Positions 41,334 through 50,983 of a DNA stretch of 64,000 bases are shown here, piece by piece. The DNA comes from Trueperaceae bacterium (lineage in GTDB: Bacteria > Deinococcota > Deinococci > Deinococcales > Trueperaceae), in assembly GCA_965214405.1 (NCBI GenBank), contig OZ243956.1:1280001-1344000 (forward strand), in the 5' to 3' direction. The translations under genes and the position numbers were made by a program. Each line of letters starts with the position of its first letter. The stretch's first letter is position 1. Below the pieces are notes generated by a model that saw only the letters and a program-made list of their open reading frames with translations, did no database searches and was not told the DNA's origin.

Positions 41334-41489
41334 CAAAGGGGGTGAGGAGAGGTGAAGGCACGGGCTGCGATTTCGTCTTTCTGGAGGGTGGCGTGGGGCG
41401 GCGTGACCGGTAGCTGACGCGTGGGTCAGTCTTTATGGGTGTGGGTCAACAACAAACAATTTGGAATCAGAACGAGAGTTGAGAAGAGG

Positions 41490-43685
41490 ATGAAACGTTT
41501 TTTTGTACCCCTCATGCTGTCAAGTTTGCTCGTGCTCGCGGCGTGTAGCGACACGCCGCCTGAAGTTACGCCCACACCGGAAGCCGCGGGCTTCCGCTTT
41601 GACATCGACCCAGGTAGTGAGCAAGTTTCCGTGACCGCGGTCGGTATGGGTGCCCTGAGCACCCAACAGGCGGGGGAGGCGAGGCTGCTCGAGCCGGGCG
41701 CCGAGCTCGTCTCGAGGCTCCAGAGCACCAACTTCAGACCCGGCAACGTGCTGGACATCCGCGCCACTTTTGAGAACGTTACCGACGACGAGAGCTTTAG
41801 ACAGCCCTTTACCTTTAGGCCCGCGCTCACGCCCGAGCAGGGGAACTACCTAAGCTCGAGCGAGCCTGAGGTGTCGGACGCGGCCTTGGGCGGCGACGGC
41901 GTGCTGTCGCCTGGGGAGACGACGTCCGTGCTCTCCTTCCGGGTAGAGCATAAGGGCGAGCGCTTCTCCTACTTCGTCAACGCCTACGCGGTGGTTGAAG
42001 AAACGGAAGGGGCATGTGGCGACACGGGCATGTTCAACGGCGACGTGACGATCCGCACGCAGGAGGACATCGACGCACTTCGGGACTGCCGCGTGATCGA
42101 TGGCGACCTGACCATCCGGACCGACGCCTCAACGCTCGACTTCTCGCCGCTCGACGGCTTGCAGACGATCACTCAAGACTTCGTAATCAGACAGAATCTG
42201 TCGCTCACTTCTGTGTCGGGCTTCGGGGCGCTCAGCCGCGTCGGGGGCGTTCTCTCCATCTTCCTAAACGAGGCCCTCACTTCCGTCCCGAGCTTCCCCC
42301 AGCTCCGTAGGGTGGTTGACGGAATCTTTATTGACGACAACACCTCTCTTGCCTCCCTCACGGGGTTCGGGGCGCTAGAGTCCGTTTTCGGAGGTTTTTC
42401 CGTCAGCAACAACGCCTCCCTTACCTCCATCACAGGGTTCGGAGCACTGGAAAGCGCTGGAGACTTCTCCATCTTCAACAACAACGCGCTTCTTTCCTTT
42501 TCAGGCTTCGGGCAGCTCAAAGAGGTCGGGACGGGCGGCAGGATCGGCGGGTCCTTTAGAGTTTCCGGTAACGAATCGCTTACCTCCTTCTCCGGGTTCG
42601 AACAGCTCAGCAAGGTTGGCTCCGGCATCCTCGGCGGCTTCGAGATAAGCGACAACCCTTCGCTCGTTTCCATCCCGGCGTTCAACGCGCTCACGAACGT
42701 CGGAGGTTCCTCGGGTCCTTTCACCCCCACCTTCTTTATCTCCAACAACGACGCGCTTCCCTCCATCTCGGGCTTCGAATCGCTCGCCGTTGTTGAGCCC
42801 AATGTAGACGTGAGTTTATCCATCTCCGACAACGACGCTCTCGTTTCCATCGCAGGCTTCGACAGCCTCAGCTCCGACGGGTTCAGAGGAGGGATGAGCC
42901 GAATTAACGACAACGACATTTTCGACTGCACCGTCCCGCCCCAGAGCAATCTGCCTTTCCTGCCCGTTGACGAGTCTACGGGTAACTTAGTCAACTGCCC
43001 GACAGGGAACGGGGGTGGCAGTGAAATTGAAGATGACGTAACCATCCGAACTCAGGCGGATTTGGACGCGCTCGAGGGGGTAACTAAGATTGGCGGGAGC
43101 TTGGTTGTCAGCACCGACGCCGCAAGCCTCGACTTCTCGCCTCTTGACGAACTGCAAACAGTTACCCGGAATTTCAACATCTCCGACAACGGTGCTCTGC
43201 TCACTATTTCAGGCTTCGACAGGCTCGAAACCGTAGGCGGCGCGTTCGTGATTTCACAGAACCCCGCCCTTACTTCCGTCCCGGAATTCGGGCAACTCAA
43301 CGGAACCGGCCTAAGACTTGATATCTCTGATAACGCTTCTCTCACGTCCATCTCAGGCTTTGGGCAGCTCGAGGCCGTCGCCGTTAACCGCGACTTCAAC
43401 GCACTAAACGAAGCCGGTTTCCGCATCACCAACAACGCGTCGCTCGCCTCCATCTCTGGCTTCGGGCAACTTGGCATCGTGTATACATTCTTGGTCATCA
43501 ACGACAACGCGTCGCTCACCTCCATCTCGGGCTTCTCGGACTTTTTCGCGGAGGATGGTATCGTCATCACAAACAACTCGAGCTTTGACTGCTCGATTGC
43601 TCCCCAGGAGAACCTGCCCTTTTTACCGCTTGACGGAGGTACCGACTCCTCTTTCGGCAATCTGGTAGACTGTCCCATAGAATAA
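41490..43685 (+). CDS. Lipoprotein with duplicated receptor-L/LRR-like beta-solenoid modules
   Basis: Lipobox LAAC; many 'F.I.DN.SL.SI.GF..L..V' repeats; two modules starting DVTIRTQ.D.DAL and ending FDC...NLPFLP...GNLV.CP. Confidence 0.8.
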   Translation: MKRFFVPLMLSSLLVLAACSDTPPEVTPTPEAAGFRFDIDPGSEQVSVTAVGMGALSTQQAGEARLLEPGAELVSRLQSTNFRPGNVLDIRATFENVTDDESFRQPFTFRPALTPEQGNYLSSSEPEVSDAALGGDGVLSPGETTSVLSFRVEHKGERFSYFVNAYAVVEETEGACGDTGMFNGDVTIRTQEDIDALRDCRVIDGDLTIRTDASTLDFSPLDGLQTITQDFVIRQNLSLTSVSGFGALSRVGGVLSIFLNEALTSVPSFPQLRRVVDGIFIDDNTSLASLTGFGALESVFGGFSVSNNASLTSITGFGALESAGDFSIFNNNALLSFSGFGQLKEVGTGGRIGGSFRVSGNESLTSFSGFEQLSKVGSGILGGFEISDNPSLVSIPAFNALTNVGGSSGPFTPTFFISNNDALPSISGFESLAVVEPNVDVSLSISDNDALVSIAGFDSLSSDGFRGGMSRINDNDIFDCTVPPQSNLPFLPVDESTGNLVNCPTGNGGGSEIEDDVTIRTQADLDALEGVTKIGGSLVVSTDAASLDFSPLDELQTVTRNFNISDNGALLTISGFDRLETVGGAFVISQNPALTSVPEFGQLNGTGLRLDISDNASLTSISGFGQLEAVAVNRDFNALNEAGFRITNNASLASISGFGQLGIVYTFLVINDNASLTSISGFSDFFAEDGIVITNNSSFDCSIAPQENLPFLPLDGGTDSSFGNLVDCPIE

Positions 43686-43699
43686 CGAAAGGAGAAGCT

Positions 43700-43852
43700 G
43701 TGCAACATCAACCCCAACCACAAGAACAGCGCAGGGAAGACAAAAAGCCTTTCGAGGAGCCCAAACTCACCTACCTCACCCCCAAGCTCACCGAACGCGG
43801 CAACGTGCAAGAGAGGACGCTGCAAGGCTTTTTCGGCTCGTTCTCGCCTTAA
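43700..43852 (+). CDS. RiPP precursor-like peptide (lasso-type leader), 50 aa
   Basis: SD AAGGAG, GTG start; MQHQPQPQEQRREDKKPFEEPKLTYLTPKLTERGNVQERTLQGFFGSFSP; exact YxxPxLxxxGxxxxxT motif. Confidence 0.75.
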   Translation: MQHQPQPQEQRREDKKPFEEPKLTYLTPKLTERGNVQERTLQGFFGSFSP

Positions 43853-43961
43853 ACGCTTAAACTTTTTCAAAAGCGCCCTCGGCTTTCATGGTCGGGGGTG
43901 TTTCAGTGAGGACGTAAGGAGCAGCCATGTTTACAGGGCCTGGTTTGGCTACACTCTCCTT

Positions 43962-44456
43962 ATGAACGCCCAACGCATCCCCCCCAAACCCGGTCAAGAA
44001 TCCGTCTGGGACTACCCGCGCCCGCCCAAAGTCGAAAGGGTAAAGGAGCGCGTGCGCGTGGTTTTTAATGGCGAGACGGTTGCCGACACGGTGAACGCCA
44101 AGCGTGTGTTGGAGACCAGCCACCCGCCCGTCTACTACATCCCGCAGGAGGACGTGCGGATGAACCTCCTAACGCTCGAGTCCCGCACCACCGTCTGCGA
44201 ATTCAAAGGCCGCGCGGCGTACTGGAGCTTGGAGGTAAAGGGTAAAAAAGTTCCTAACGCCGCTTGGAGCTACCCAAGCCCGGCAGCGGGCTTTGAGAGC
44301 GTCAAAGACCATCTCGCTTTTTATCCGAGCAAAATGGACGCTTGTTTTGTTGGGGATGAACGCGTGCGGGCGCAAGAGGGCGACTTTTACGGCGGCTGGA
44401 TCACCGAAAATATCGTGGGGCCGTTCAAGGGCGGGGCGGGGACGTGGGGCTGGTAA
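43962..44456 (+). CDS. DUF427 (NTP_transf_9) family protein
   Basis: 'ESVWDYPRPP', 'ETSHPPVYY', 'CEFKG', 'AWSYP', 'FYGGWIT'. Confidence 0.9.
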   Translation: MNAQRIPPKPGQESVWDYPRPPKVERVKERVRVVFNGETVADTVNAKRVLETSHPPVYYIPQEDVRMNLLTLESRTTVCEFKGRAAYWSLEVKGKKVPNAAWSYPSPAAGFESVKDHLAFYPSKMDACFVGDERVRAQEGDFYGGWITENIVGPFKGGAGTWGW

Positions 44457-44479
44457 TGCGGCGCCGCGCCCGCTAGCTT

Positions 44480-46726
44480 GTGGAGCTTCTACGCGCGGAT
44501 AATCTGAGCTTTCGCTACGGCGCGGCTGACACGCTGCGCGGTGTTTCTCTGGGTTTACAAGCGGGGCAAAAACTTGGGTTCGTCGGCCCCAACGGGTCGG
44601 GCAAGAGCACGCTGCTAAGGCTGTTGGCGGGCGAGCTAACGCCGGAAGAGGGGCGCGTGCTGCGGGCTCCGGGACTGCGTGTCGGCAGGCTTGGCGGGGC
44701 GTTTCGGGCGGGGCGGACGCTGTGGGAGGTGAGCGAGGGGGCACTGGCGCACGTGCGGTCGCTGGAAAAGGCCCTACGCGAAGAGGAAGCGCGGCTGAGC
44801 GCGGGCGAGGACCGGCTGGCGGCGTACGGCGACGTTTTTGAGGCCTTCGAGGCGGCGGGCGGCTACCGCGCCGAGGAGGAGCTGCGGGCGACGCTGGCGG
44901 CTTTCGGCTTTAATGAGGCGCGTTATGACCAAGAGGTAAGCACGCTTTCGGGCGGCGAACGGGCACGGCTGGCGCTCGCCGTTCTTTTGGCGGAAGGGGC
45001 CGACGTGCTGCTTTTGGATGAACCGAGCAACGGGCTCGATCTGACCACAAGGCGTGTGCTCTCCGGGGTGCTGGCACGGACCAAGAGCGCGTTCATCCTC
45101 GCGTCGCATGACCGGGCGCTGCTGGACGCGGTTTGTACGCACACGGCGTGGCTCGAGCAGGGCCACCTCAGCCTCTACCGGGGCGGGTACGCGGGTATGC
45201 TCGAGCAGCGAAATCAGGCCCTTCGCACGGCGGAAAAAAGAAACCGGGCGCGCGAAAAAGAGCGCTTCAGGCTCCTGCAGTCCCGGGCGGGGATGGCGGG
45301 CTGGAACACGCCGACGGCGGCGCGGGGGCGCAAGGCGTTAGAGCGGCGCATCAGCACGCTTGCCGGGGAGAACACGCCCTCCACAAAACCCGCCGAACTT
45401 CGTTTGAAAACGGAGCGCGCCAAGGGAACGCTTTTGGTCGCCAAGGATTTAAGCAAAACGTACGACGGGCGGGAGGTGGTTAGGGACGCGTCGCTGCGCA
45501 TTTCCGCGGGCGACAAACTCGCGCTGGTCGGTCCCAACGGGAGCGGCAAATCAACCTTTTTGGCGCTCCTCACGGGTGAACTAGAATCCGATAACCCGAA
45601 AAGCCGTTTGGAGTGGGGTAAAGAAACCAAAGTCGCGGTGTTCGACCAGGAGACGCGGGGGTTAGAGGGCGACCTCACCCTCCTGGGTCAACTCACGCGT
45701 TACGTCTCCGAGCTTAGGGCGCAGGGGCTTTTGTCGCTCGTCGGGTTCCGCCGAGAGGATTGGGGCAACCTTCCGGTAGAACTCTCAGAGGGGCAGCGGG
45801 CGCGCGCCGGGCTGGCGCTCCTCATGGCGAGCGAGGCGAACCTGCTCATCTTAGACGAGCCCAGCGAGGGTCTCGATATTGTCACCACCGAAACCCTCGA
45901 GGGCGCGCTGCGCGGTACAGAAGCGGCCTTTGTGCTCGTGTCGCACGACGAAAGGCTGATTGAGGGGGTGGCGGAGCGGGTGTTGACGCTTGACGGTGGC
46001 GCGCTTAAAGAATTTCGCGGCGGTTTGGCAGGCTACGACAGCGGAACTTTGCGGCTCGAGGCTGAACGGGACGTCGAAAAGATTGACGTACCGAAAACCG
46101 AAGAGACTGTTGAGCAAAAGCTGGAGCGGCTCGAGCTGGAGCGGTTGGAACTCGACACGCGCTTGCTCGACCCCTTTGGACTCTCCGAGCGCGAGGTGGA
46201 GCGGTTGGAGCGGCGTTACCAGGAGGTGCTGGACGGGCTCTCCGTCCTTTACGACGCGCGGCTCTCACCGCCGGGGCCGCGTTACCGCGTGCGTGAGGGT
46301 GCGGTGGAGGTCTGGGGAGACAAGGAGAGCGCACGAGTCTTGTTTGAGAGCAACGCGGGCCTCACCGTGACACTTATTTTGCCAACTGGACAAGAAGGGC
46401 GTGTCGGTCACCTCGTCTTGAGTGAGCCGGAGGGGGTGTGTCTTTTGCCCTGGGCTCGAGACCGCGCGATAAACGCCGTCGCACGTGTTGCCTTTGAGCG
46501 TTTGGGGGTGCGGGCGTTGCAGCTTCAAACCTCTTGTGACCTCGGCGGGTCGCATTTTCGCGCTGCGGGCGGGGAGTGGTGGACGCTCTCGGGGGAGCTC
46601 TACGAACGCGCGGAAGGCTACGGCGCGCGCCCAACGCGGCGGGTGCGGCGGCTCGCGCTCCACCCAAGCTGGCCCGACTGGGTCGCCTACCGCCGCTCGT
46701 TAAAGCGCCGCGCTAAAGCTGAGTGA
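44480..46726 (+). CDS. ABC-F family ATPase with long C-terminal extension
   Basis: Two NBDs 'GPNGSGKST'; 'LSGGE', 'LLDEPSN', 'SHDR'; no TM segments. Confidence 0.85.
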   Translation: MELLRADNLSFRYGAADTLRGVSLGLQAGQKLGFVGPNGSGKSTLLRLLAGELTPEEGRVLRAPGLRVGRLGGAFRAGRTLWEVSEGALAHVRSLEKALREEEARLSAGEDRLAAYGDVFEAFEAAGGYRAEEELRATLAAFGFNEARYDQEVSTLSGGERARLALAVLLAEGADVLLLDEPSNGLDLTTRRVLSGVLARTKSAFILASHDRALLDAVCTHTAWLEQGHLSLYRGGYAGMLEQRNQALRTAEKRNRAREKERFRLLQSRAGMAGWNTPTAARGRKALERRISTLAGENTPSTKPAELRLKTERAKGTLLVAKDLSKTYDGREVVRDASLRISAGDKLALVGPNGSGKSTFLALLTGELESDNPKSRLEWGKETKVAVFDQETRGLEGDLTLLGQLTRYVSELRAQGLLSLVGFRREDWGNLPVELSEGQRARAGLALLMASEANLLILDEPSEGLDIVTTETLEGALRGTEAAFVLVSHDERLIEGVAERVLTLDGGALKEFRGGLAGYDSGTLRLEAERDVEKIDVPKTEETVEQKLERLELERLELDTRLLDPFGLSEREVERLERRYQEVLDGLSVLYDARLSPPGPRYRVREGAVEVWGDKESARVLFESNAGLTVTLILPTGQEGRVGHLVLSEPEGVCLLPWARDRAINAVARVAFERLGVRALQLQTSCDLGGSHFRAAGGEWWTLSGELYERAEGYGARPTRRVRRLALHPSWPDWVAYRRSLKRRAKAE

Positions 46727-46815
46727 GGAGTGCTCGCACCAAGGAGAGCCCCCATTTGTTTTTCCTGTGACACGTTCTTTACACGGGCGTCATACAGTGG
46801 ACCCGAGGAGGCGTG

Positions 46816-46992
46816 ATGACCGACAAGGACGAAAGGGAGCTCGAAGAGAACGCCCGCACTGTAGAGGAAACTTCGGCGGTGGGCGGGGTACTTGACGGGA
46901 GTTTTAACAGTACGTCCGACCGCAAAGATGAGGCGTCGCCCGTCGAGGAGGAGATAGCGCGGGAAAAGGACGCGGCGTGCGAGGAGGATTAA
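46816..46992 (+). CDS. Small acidic hydrophilic protein, 58 aa
   Basis: SD GAGGAGG; MTDKDERELEENARTVEETSAVGGVLDGSFNSTSDRKDEASPVEEEIAREKDAACEED. Confidence 0.6.
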   Translation: MTDKDERELEENARTVEETSAVGGVLDGSFNSTSDRKDEASPVEEEIAREKDAACEED

Positions 46993-47156
46993 CCTGCTGG
47001 AGTGGCGCTTTGCTCGAGCCTGCGTGAGATGAGGGGAATGGGCTCGAGCTCCTCTCACGCAAGCTTTAGAAGACTATGGTTCTGGGTGACGCGGCGGCGA
47101 GCGAAGCGATAAGCTCAGTGGGTCGCAGAAATCTTTAGCGTGGGGATTCACCAAAT

Positions 47157-49157
47157 CTAATTCTTAGCCTCCTCCGCTGCCACACCCCGCGCCAACAGCG
47201 CCTCGATGCGCGCCGCGTCGTAAACGCAGCCGCCCCAGGTGCCGCCGCTCACGGCTTGGAGCGCGGCCCAGAGGCGCGTATCGTCGGGCAGGCGCGGGTC
47301 GGGCGAGAGGCCGGGGTGCGGCGGACGCGCGCGCAGGCGGCGCGCGCCCTCGTCCGCCGAGAAGCGTTCGTCGCCCTCCCCCACTAAGTCGAGCGTGCCT
47401 GCACACGCGCGCGGGTCTACGGTAATCCGAATCCAATCGTCGTCCCGCACCCGCCCGATGGGGCCGCCCGCCAGCCCCTCGGGGCCGACGTGACCCACGC
47501 AAGCGCCCGTCGAGACGCCCGAAAAGCGCGCGTCGGTCACGAGCGCCACGCTTCCGCCGAAGGGAAGATGCTTGAGCGCGGAGGTGACCTGGTAGGTTTC
47601 CTCCATGCCCGTCCCGGCGGGGCCGACGCCTGCCAAGACCATCACGTCGCCCGCTGTGATGCGGCCTGCTTTAATGGCCTGCATCGCGCCGCCCTCGCGG
47701 GTAAAGACTCGAGCCCGCCCCTCCTTGACATACCTGCCCCCCTCGAACAGCGCGGGGTCGATGGCCGTGCTCTTGACAATCGCCCCCTCCGGCGCGAGAT
47801 TGCCTGTCAAGAACGACACCGTGCCCATCATCCCTAAGGCTTCGGCCTTGTCGGGAGAAAAGATCACCTCGTCGGCGCGCACGCCGTCTCTTTCCCACAA
47901 AACTTCCTTGAAGCGGCTGCGTCTTTCGGACGCTTCCCAAGCGTTTAACGCTTTACCTAACGTTTCGCCTGTGGCGGTCAAGGCGTCGAGCTCGAGCCCA
48001 CCCAAATCCCGCAAATGCAGCATCACCTCGGGCACGCCGCCCGCCAGAAAAACGCGCACCGTCGGGTGGTCGACGGGGCCGTTGGGCAGCACGCTCACGA
48101 GGCGCGGGGTGCGCTGATTGATTTCTTGCCAGTCCTTGACCAAAGGACGCGCCAAGCCCGCCGCGTGGGCGATCGCCGGGAGGTGCAGGAGCAAGTTGGT
48201 GCTGCCCCCAAAGGCGGCGTGTACGACCATCGCGTTGTGCAGGCTTTTGGGCGTCAGCACCTCCCGACCCGTGAGGCCGCGCTTTTCTTGCGCGAGGAGC
48301 GCCTCCGCCGACCGCCGCGCCCCGTCGCGCCACACCGCGCTCCCCGAGGGCGCGAGCGCGGCGTGCGGCACCGCCAGCCCCAACGCCTCCGCGACGACCT
48401 GCGCGGTGGCGGCGGTGCCCAAAAACTGGCAGCCGCCGCCCGAGGTGGCGCAGGCGCGACAGCCGAGCGTCGCGGCCTCTTCAAGCGTGACCAGTCCGTG
48501 CGCGAAACGCGCGCCGAGCGTCTGCACCTTGCCCGCGTCCTCACCCTCTTCGGGCGGCAGCGTCACGCCGCCCGGCACGACGACGACCGGCAGGTGGGGC
48601 GTGCCCGCTAAGGCCATCATCATGGCGGGAAGCCCCTTGTCGCAGGTGGCGACGCCCAGAACGCCGCGGCCCCGCGGCAAGGAGCGGATGAGGCGGCGCA
48701 GCACCACCGCGGCGTCGTTACGGTAGGGCAGGCTGTCGAACATGCCCGTCGTGCCCTGCGTCCGCCCGTCGCACGGGTCGGAGCAATACCCCGCAAAGGG
48801 CAAGGCCCCGGCGGCGTCCAACGTGCGGGCGGCGACGCGCACGAGTTCGTCCAATTCCCAGTGCCCGGTGTGGTAGCCCAGCGCCACCGGACGCCCGTCC
48901 CGCTCCCTCAGCCCTCCCTGCGTGCTGAGAATGAGAAAGGGCGGGCGCATCACCTCCTCCACCCGCCAGCCCATCCCCGCGTTCTGGGTGAGGCCGAACA
49001 CGTCGCCGCTGGGGCTATTCAACAAGTTATCCGCCGTGAGAGGAAGCGCCCCGTCGGGTCCCGCCGCGCGCGTCTGTACATCATAAATATCTAAGGAGGG
49101 GGCTGAGGGATTGGGCTCGAGTTCCGACAACACGTCAACAGGGTCATCCAAGTTCAT
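47157..49157 (-). CDS. YjhG/YagF-type D-xylonate dehydratase (IlvD/Edd family)
   Basis: 'GYHTGHWE', '[10 protein letters not shown]', '[10 protein letters not shown]', 'ATCDKGLP', '[10 protein letters not shown]', 'TDARFSG'. Confidence 0.92.
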   Translation of the reverse strand: MNLDDPVDVLSELEPNPSAPSLDIYDVQTRAAGPDGALPLTADNLLNSPSGDVFGLTQNAGMGWRVEEVMRPPFLILSTQGGLRERDGRPVALGYHTGHWELDELVRVAARTLDAAGALPFAGYCSDPCDGRTQGTTGMFDSLPYRNDAAVVLRRLIRSLPRGRGVLGVATCDKGLPAMMMALAGTPHLPVVVVPGGVTLPPEEGEDAGKVQTLGARFAHGLVTLEEAATLGCRACATSGGGCQFLGTAATAQVVAEALGLAVPHAALAPSGSAVWRDGARRSAEALLAQEKRGLTGREVLTPKSLHNAMVVHAAFGGSTNLLLHLPAIAHAAGLARPLVKDWQEINQRTPRLVSVLPNGPVDHPTVRVFLAGGVPEVMLHLRDLGGLELDALTATGETLGKALNAWEASERRSRFKEVLWERDGVRADEVIFSPDKAEALGMMGTVSFLTGNLAPEGAIVKSTAIDPALFEGGRYVKEGRARVFTREGGAMQAIKAGRITAGDVMVLAGVGPAGTGMEETYQVTSALKHLPFGGSVALVTDARFSGVSTGACVGHVGPEGLAGGPIGRVRDDDWIRITVDPRACAGTLDLVGEGDERFSADEGARRLRARPPHPGLSPDPRLPDDTRLWAALQAVSGGTWGGCVYDAARIEALLARGVAAEEAKN

Positions 49158-49270
49158 AACGTCTCCTCTTTCGTGATTTCGTCACGCCTTCTTAAGCCAG
49201 CGTATACTAAACGCCGTGAAACCGTCTCGTTTGATTGGTCGAACGTATTAGAGCGTAGCAGGAGGTCAGG

Positions 49271-50866
49271 GTGGAATTTGTGGAGCTTAGCGGCGGCAAC
49301 TGGATTGGCACGACTTTCTCACGAGAGGGCGCGGACACATTTACGGCGATGAACCCGGCGGGGCAGGAGGGGCTCGAGCCCCCCTTTTATAGCGCCACCG
49401 AGGCGGAAGTCGGACGGGCGTTAGAGCTTGCCCAACGGGCTTTTCGGGACTACCGTAGAGTATCGCCCGAACGCAAGGCGGACTTTTTAGAGGGGATTGC
49501 CGCGGGCGTAGAGGCGCTGGGTGACGCGCTCATCCAGCGCGCCGCCGCCGAAACGGGTCTCCCCGAGGCCCGGCTTCAGGGCGAGCGGACGCGCACGACG
49601 AACCAGCTCCTTATGTTCGCGGGGGTGGTGCGGGAGGGCTCGTGGGTAGACGCGCGTATCGACCACGCGCAACCCGAGCGGCAGCCTCTCCCCAAACCCG
49701 ACCTGCGCCGGATGCTCATCCCGCTGGGGCCGGTGGCGGTCTTTGGCGCGAGCAACTTTCCCTTCGCCTTTTCCACAGCGGGGGGCGACACCGCCTCGGC
49801 GCTCGCCGCGGGCTGCCCGGTCGTCTACAAGGCGCACCCCGCGCACCCCGGCACCTCCGAGATGGTCGCGCGGGTCATATTAGAGGCCGCCGAAAAGGCC
49901 GGGCTGCCCGAGGGCGTGTTTTCGCTCCTGCACGGCGCAGGTCCCGCGGTCGGGCTGGCCCTGGTCAAGCATCCCCTAACGCAAGCGGTCGCCTTTACGG
50001 GTTCCTTACGGGCGGGCCGGGCGCTCTTCGACGCGGCGGCGGCGCGGCCCACGCCCATCCCCGTTTACGCCGAGATGGGCTCCATCAACCCGGTGTTCGT
50101 GCTTCCCGGCGCGCTTTCGGAGCGGGGCGAGGCGATAGCGGCGGGGCTCGCGGGCTCGGTCACGCTCGGCGTCGGGCAGTTTTGCACCAATCCGGGATTG
50201 GTGGTGGGGCTGGGGGACGAGGCGATGACGCGTTTTGTCGAGGAGGTCGGGTCGCAGCTCCAAGAAACCGCGCCCGGCACCATGCTCTACCCCGGCATCC
50301 AGAAAGCGTTTGAGGAGGGTGTAGCGCGTGTGGTCGAGATCTCCGGCGTGCGGACGGTAGGGCGCTCGAGCACCCCTCCCATAACCGAACGAACAGAAGG
50401 CGGTGCCGTCGCCTTTACCACCGACGCCGCAACTTTTTTGCAAGAAAAAGCGTTGAGCGACGAGCTGTTCGGCCCCGCCACCCTGCTCGTCACGGCGGCG
50501 TCCAAGGGGAAGATGCTCGAGCTGGCCCGCAACCTAGAAGGCCACTTAACCGCCACCATTCACGGCACCGAGGCGGATTTACAAGCATACGGGGAGCTTG
50601 TGGCGGTGCTCGAGACCAAGGTCGGCAGGCTCCTCTTTAACGGCTTCCCGACCGGCGTCGAAGTTTGCCCTTCGGTGAACCACGGCGGCCCCTACCCCGC
50701 CACCACCGACGTCCGCACGACCTCGGTCGGCACCGCCGCCATCACGCGCTTCGCGCGGCCCCTCTGCTATCAAGATTTCCCGCCCGCGGCGCTCCCCGAC
50801 GCGCTCAAAGACGGCAATCCGCGTGGGATTTGGCGGCTGGTTGATGGTGAATTGACCAAAGACTAA
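49271..50866 (+). CDS. NADP-dependent aldehyde dehydrogenase (alpha-ketoglutaric semialdehyde dehydrogenase type)
   Basis: 'FGASNFPFAFSTAGGDTASALAAG', 'AEMGSINP', 'GQFCTNPG', 'HGGPYPAT'. Confidence 0.9.
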   Translation: MEFVELSGGNWIGTTFSREGADTFTAMNPAGQEGLEPPFYSATEAEVGRALELAQRAFRDYRRVSPERKADFLEGIAAGVEALGDALIQRAAAETGLPEARLQGERTRTTNQLLMFAGVVREGSWVDARIDHAQPERQPLPKPDLRRMLIPLGPVAVFGASNFPFAFSTAGGDTASALAAGCPVVYKAHPAHPGTSEMVARVILEAAEKAGLPEGVFSLLHGAGPAVGLALVKHPLTQAVAFTGSLRAGRALFDAAAARPTPIPVYAEMGSINPVFVLPGALSERGEAIAAGLAGSVTLGVGQFCTNPGLVVGLGDEAMTRFVEEVGSQLQETAPGTMLYPGIQKAFEEGVARVVEISGVRTVGRSSTPPITERTEGGAVAFTTDAATFLQEKALSDELFGPATLLVTAASKGKMLELARNLEGHLTATIHGTEADLQAYGELVAVLETKVGRLLFNGFPTGVEVCPSVNHGGPYPATTDVRTTSVGTAAITRFARPLCYQDFPPAALPDALKDGNPRGIWRLVDGELTKD

Positions 50867-50890
50867 CTCGCAGCCTCTACAGGAGATTTT

Positions 50891-50983
50891 GTGTCTACTA
50901 CCAGCATCACCGCCTGTGACATCCGCCTTTCTACCTCACACCCGCTTGGCGGCTCCGGCGCGGCGTGGCAGGGGGTTTTGTGA
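50891..50983 (+). pseudogene. 30-aa remnant resembling the N-terminus of L-fuconate dehydratase (enolase superfamily)
   Basis: SD AGGAG; MSTTSITACDIRLSTSHPLGGSGA.. versus family pattern DIRFPTS..LDGSDA; TGA overlaps the next GTG. Confidence 0.5.

Noticed and set aside
30163..43852. Functional link between the YcaO and the RiPP-like peptide
   Set aside because: 12 kb apart, opposite strands, unrelated genes between them, and the YcaO has no visible RRE; no direct support
42173..43870. Long antisense ORFs (290 and 272 aa) over the lipoprotein gene
   Set aside because: Shadow ORFs arising from the repetitive, biased codons of the sense gene
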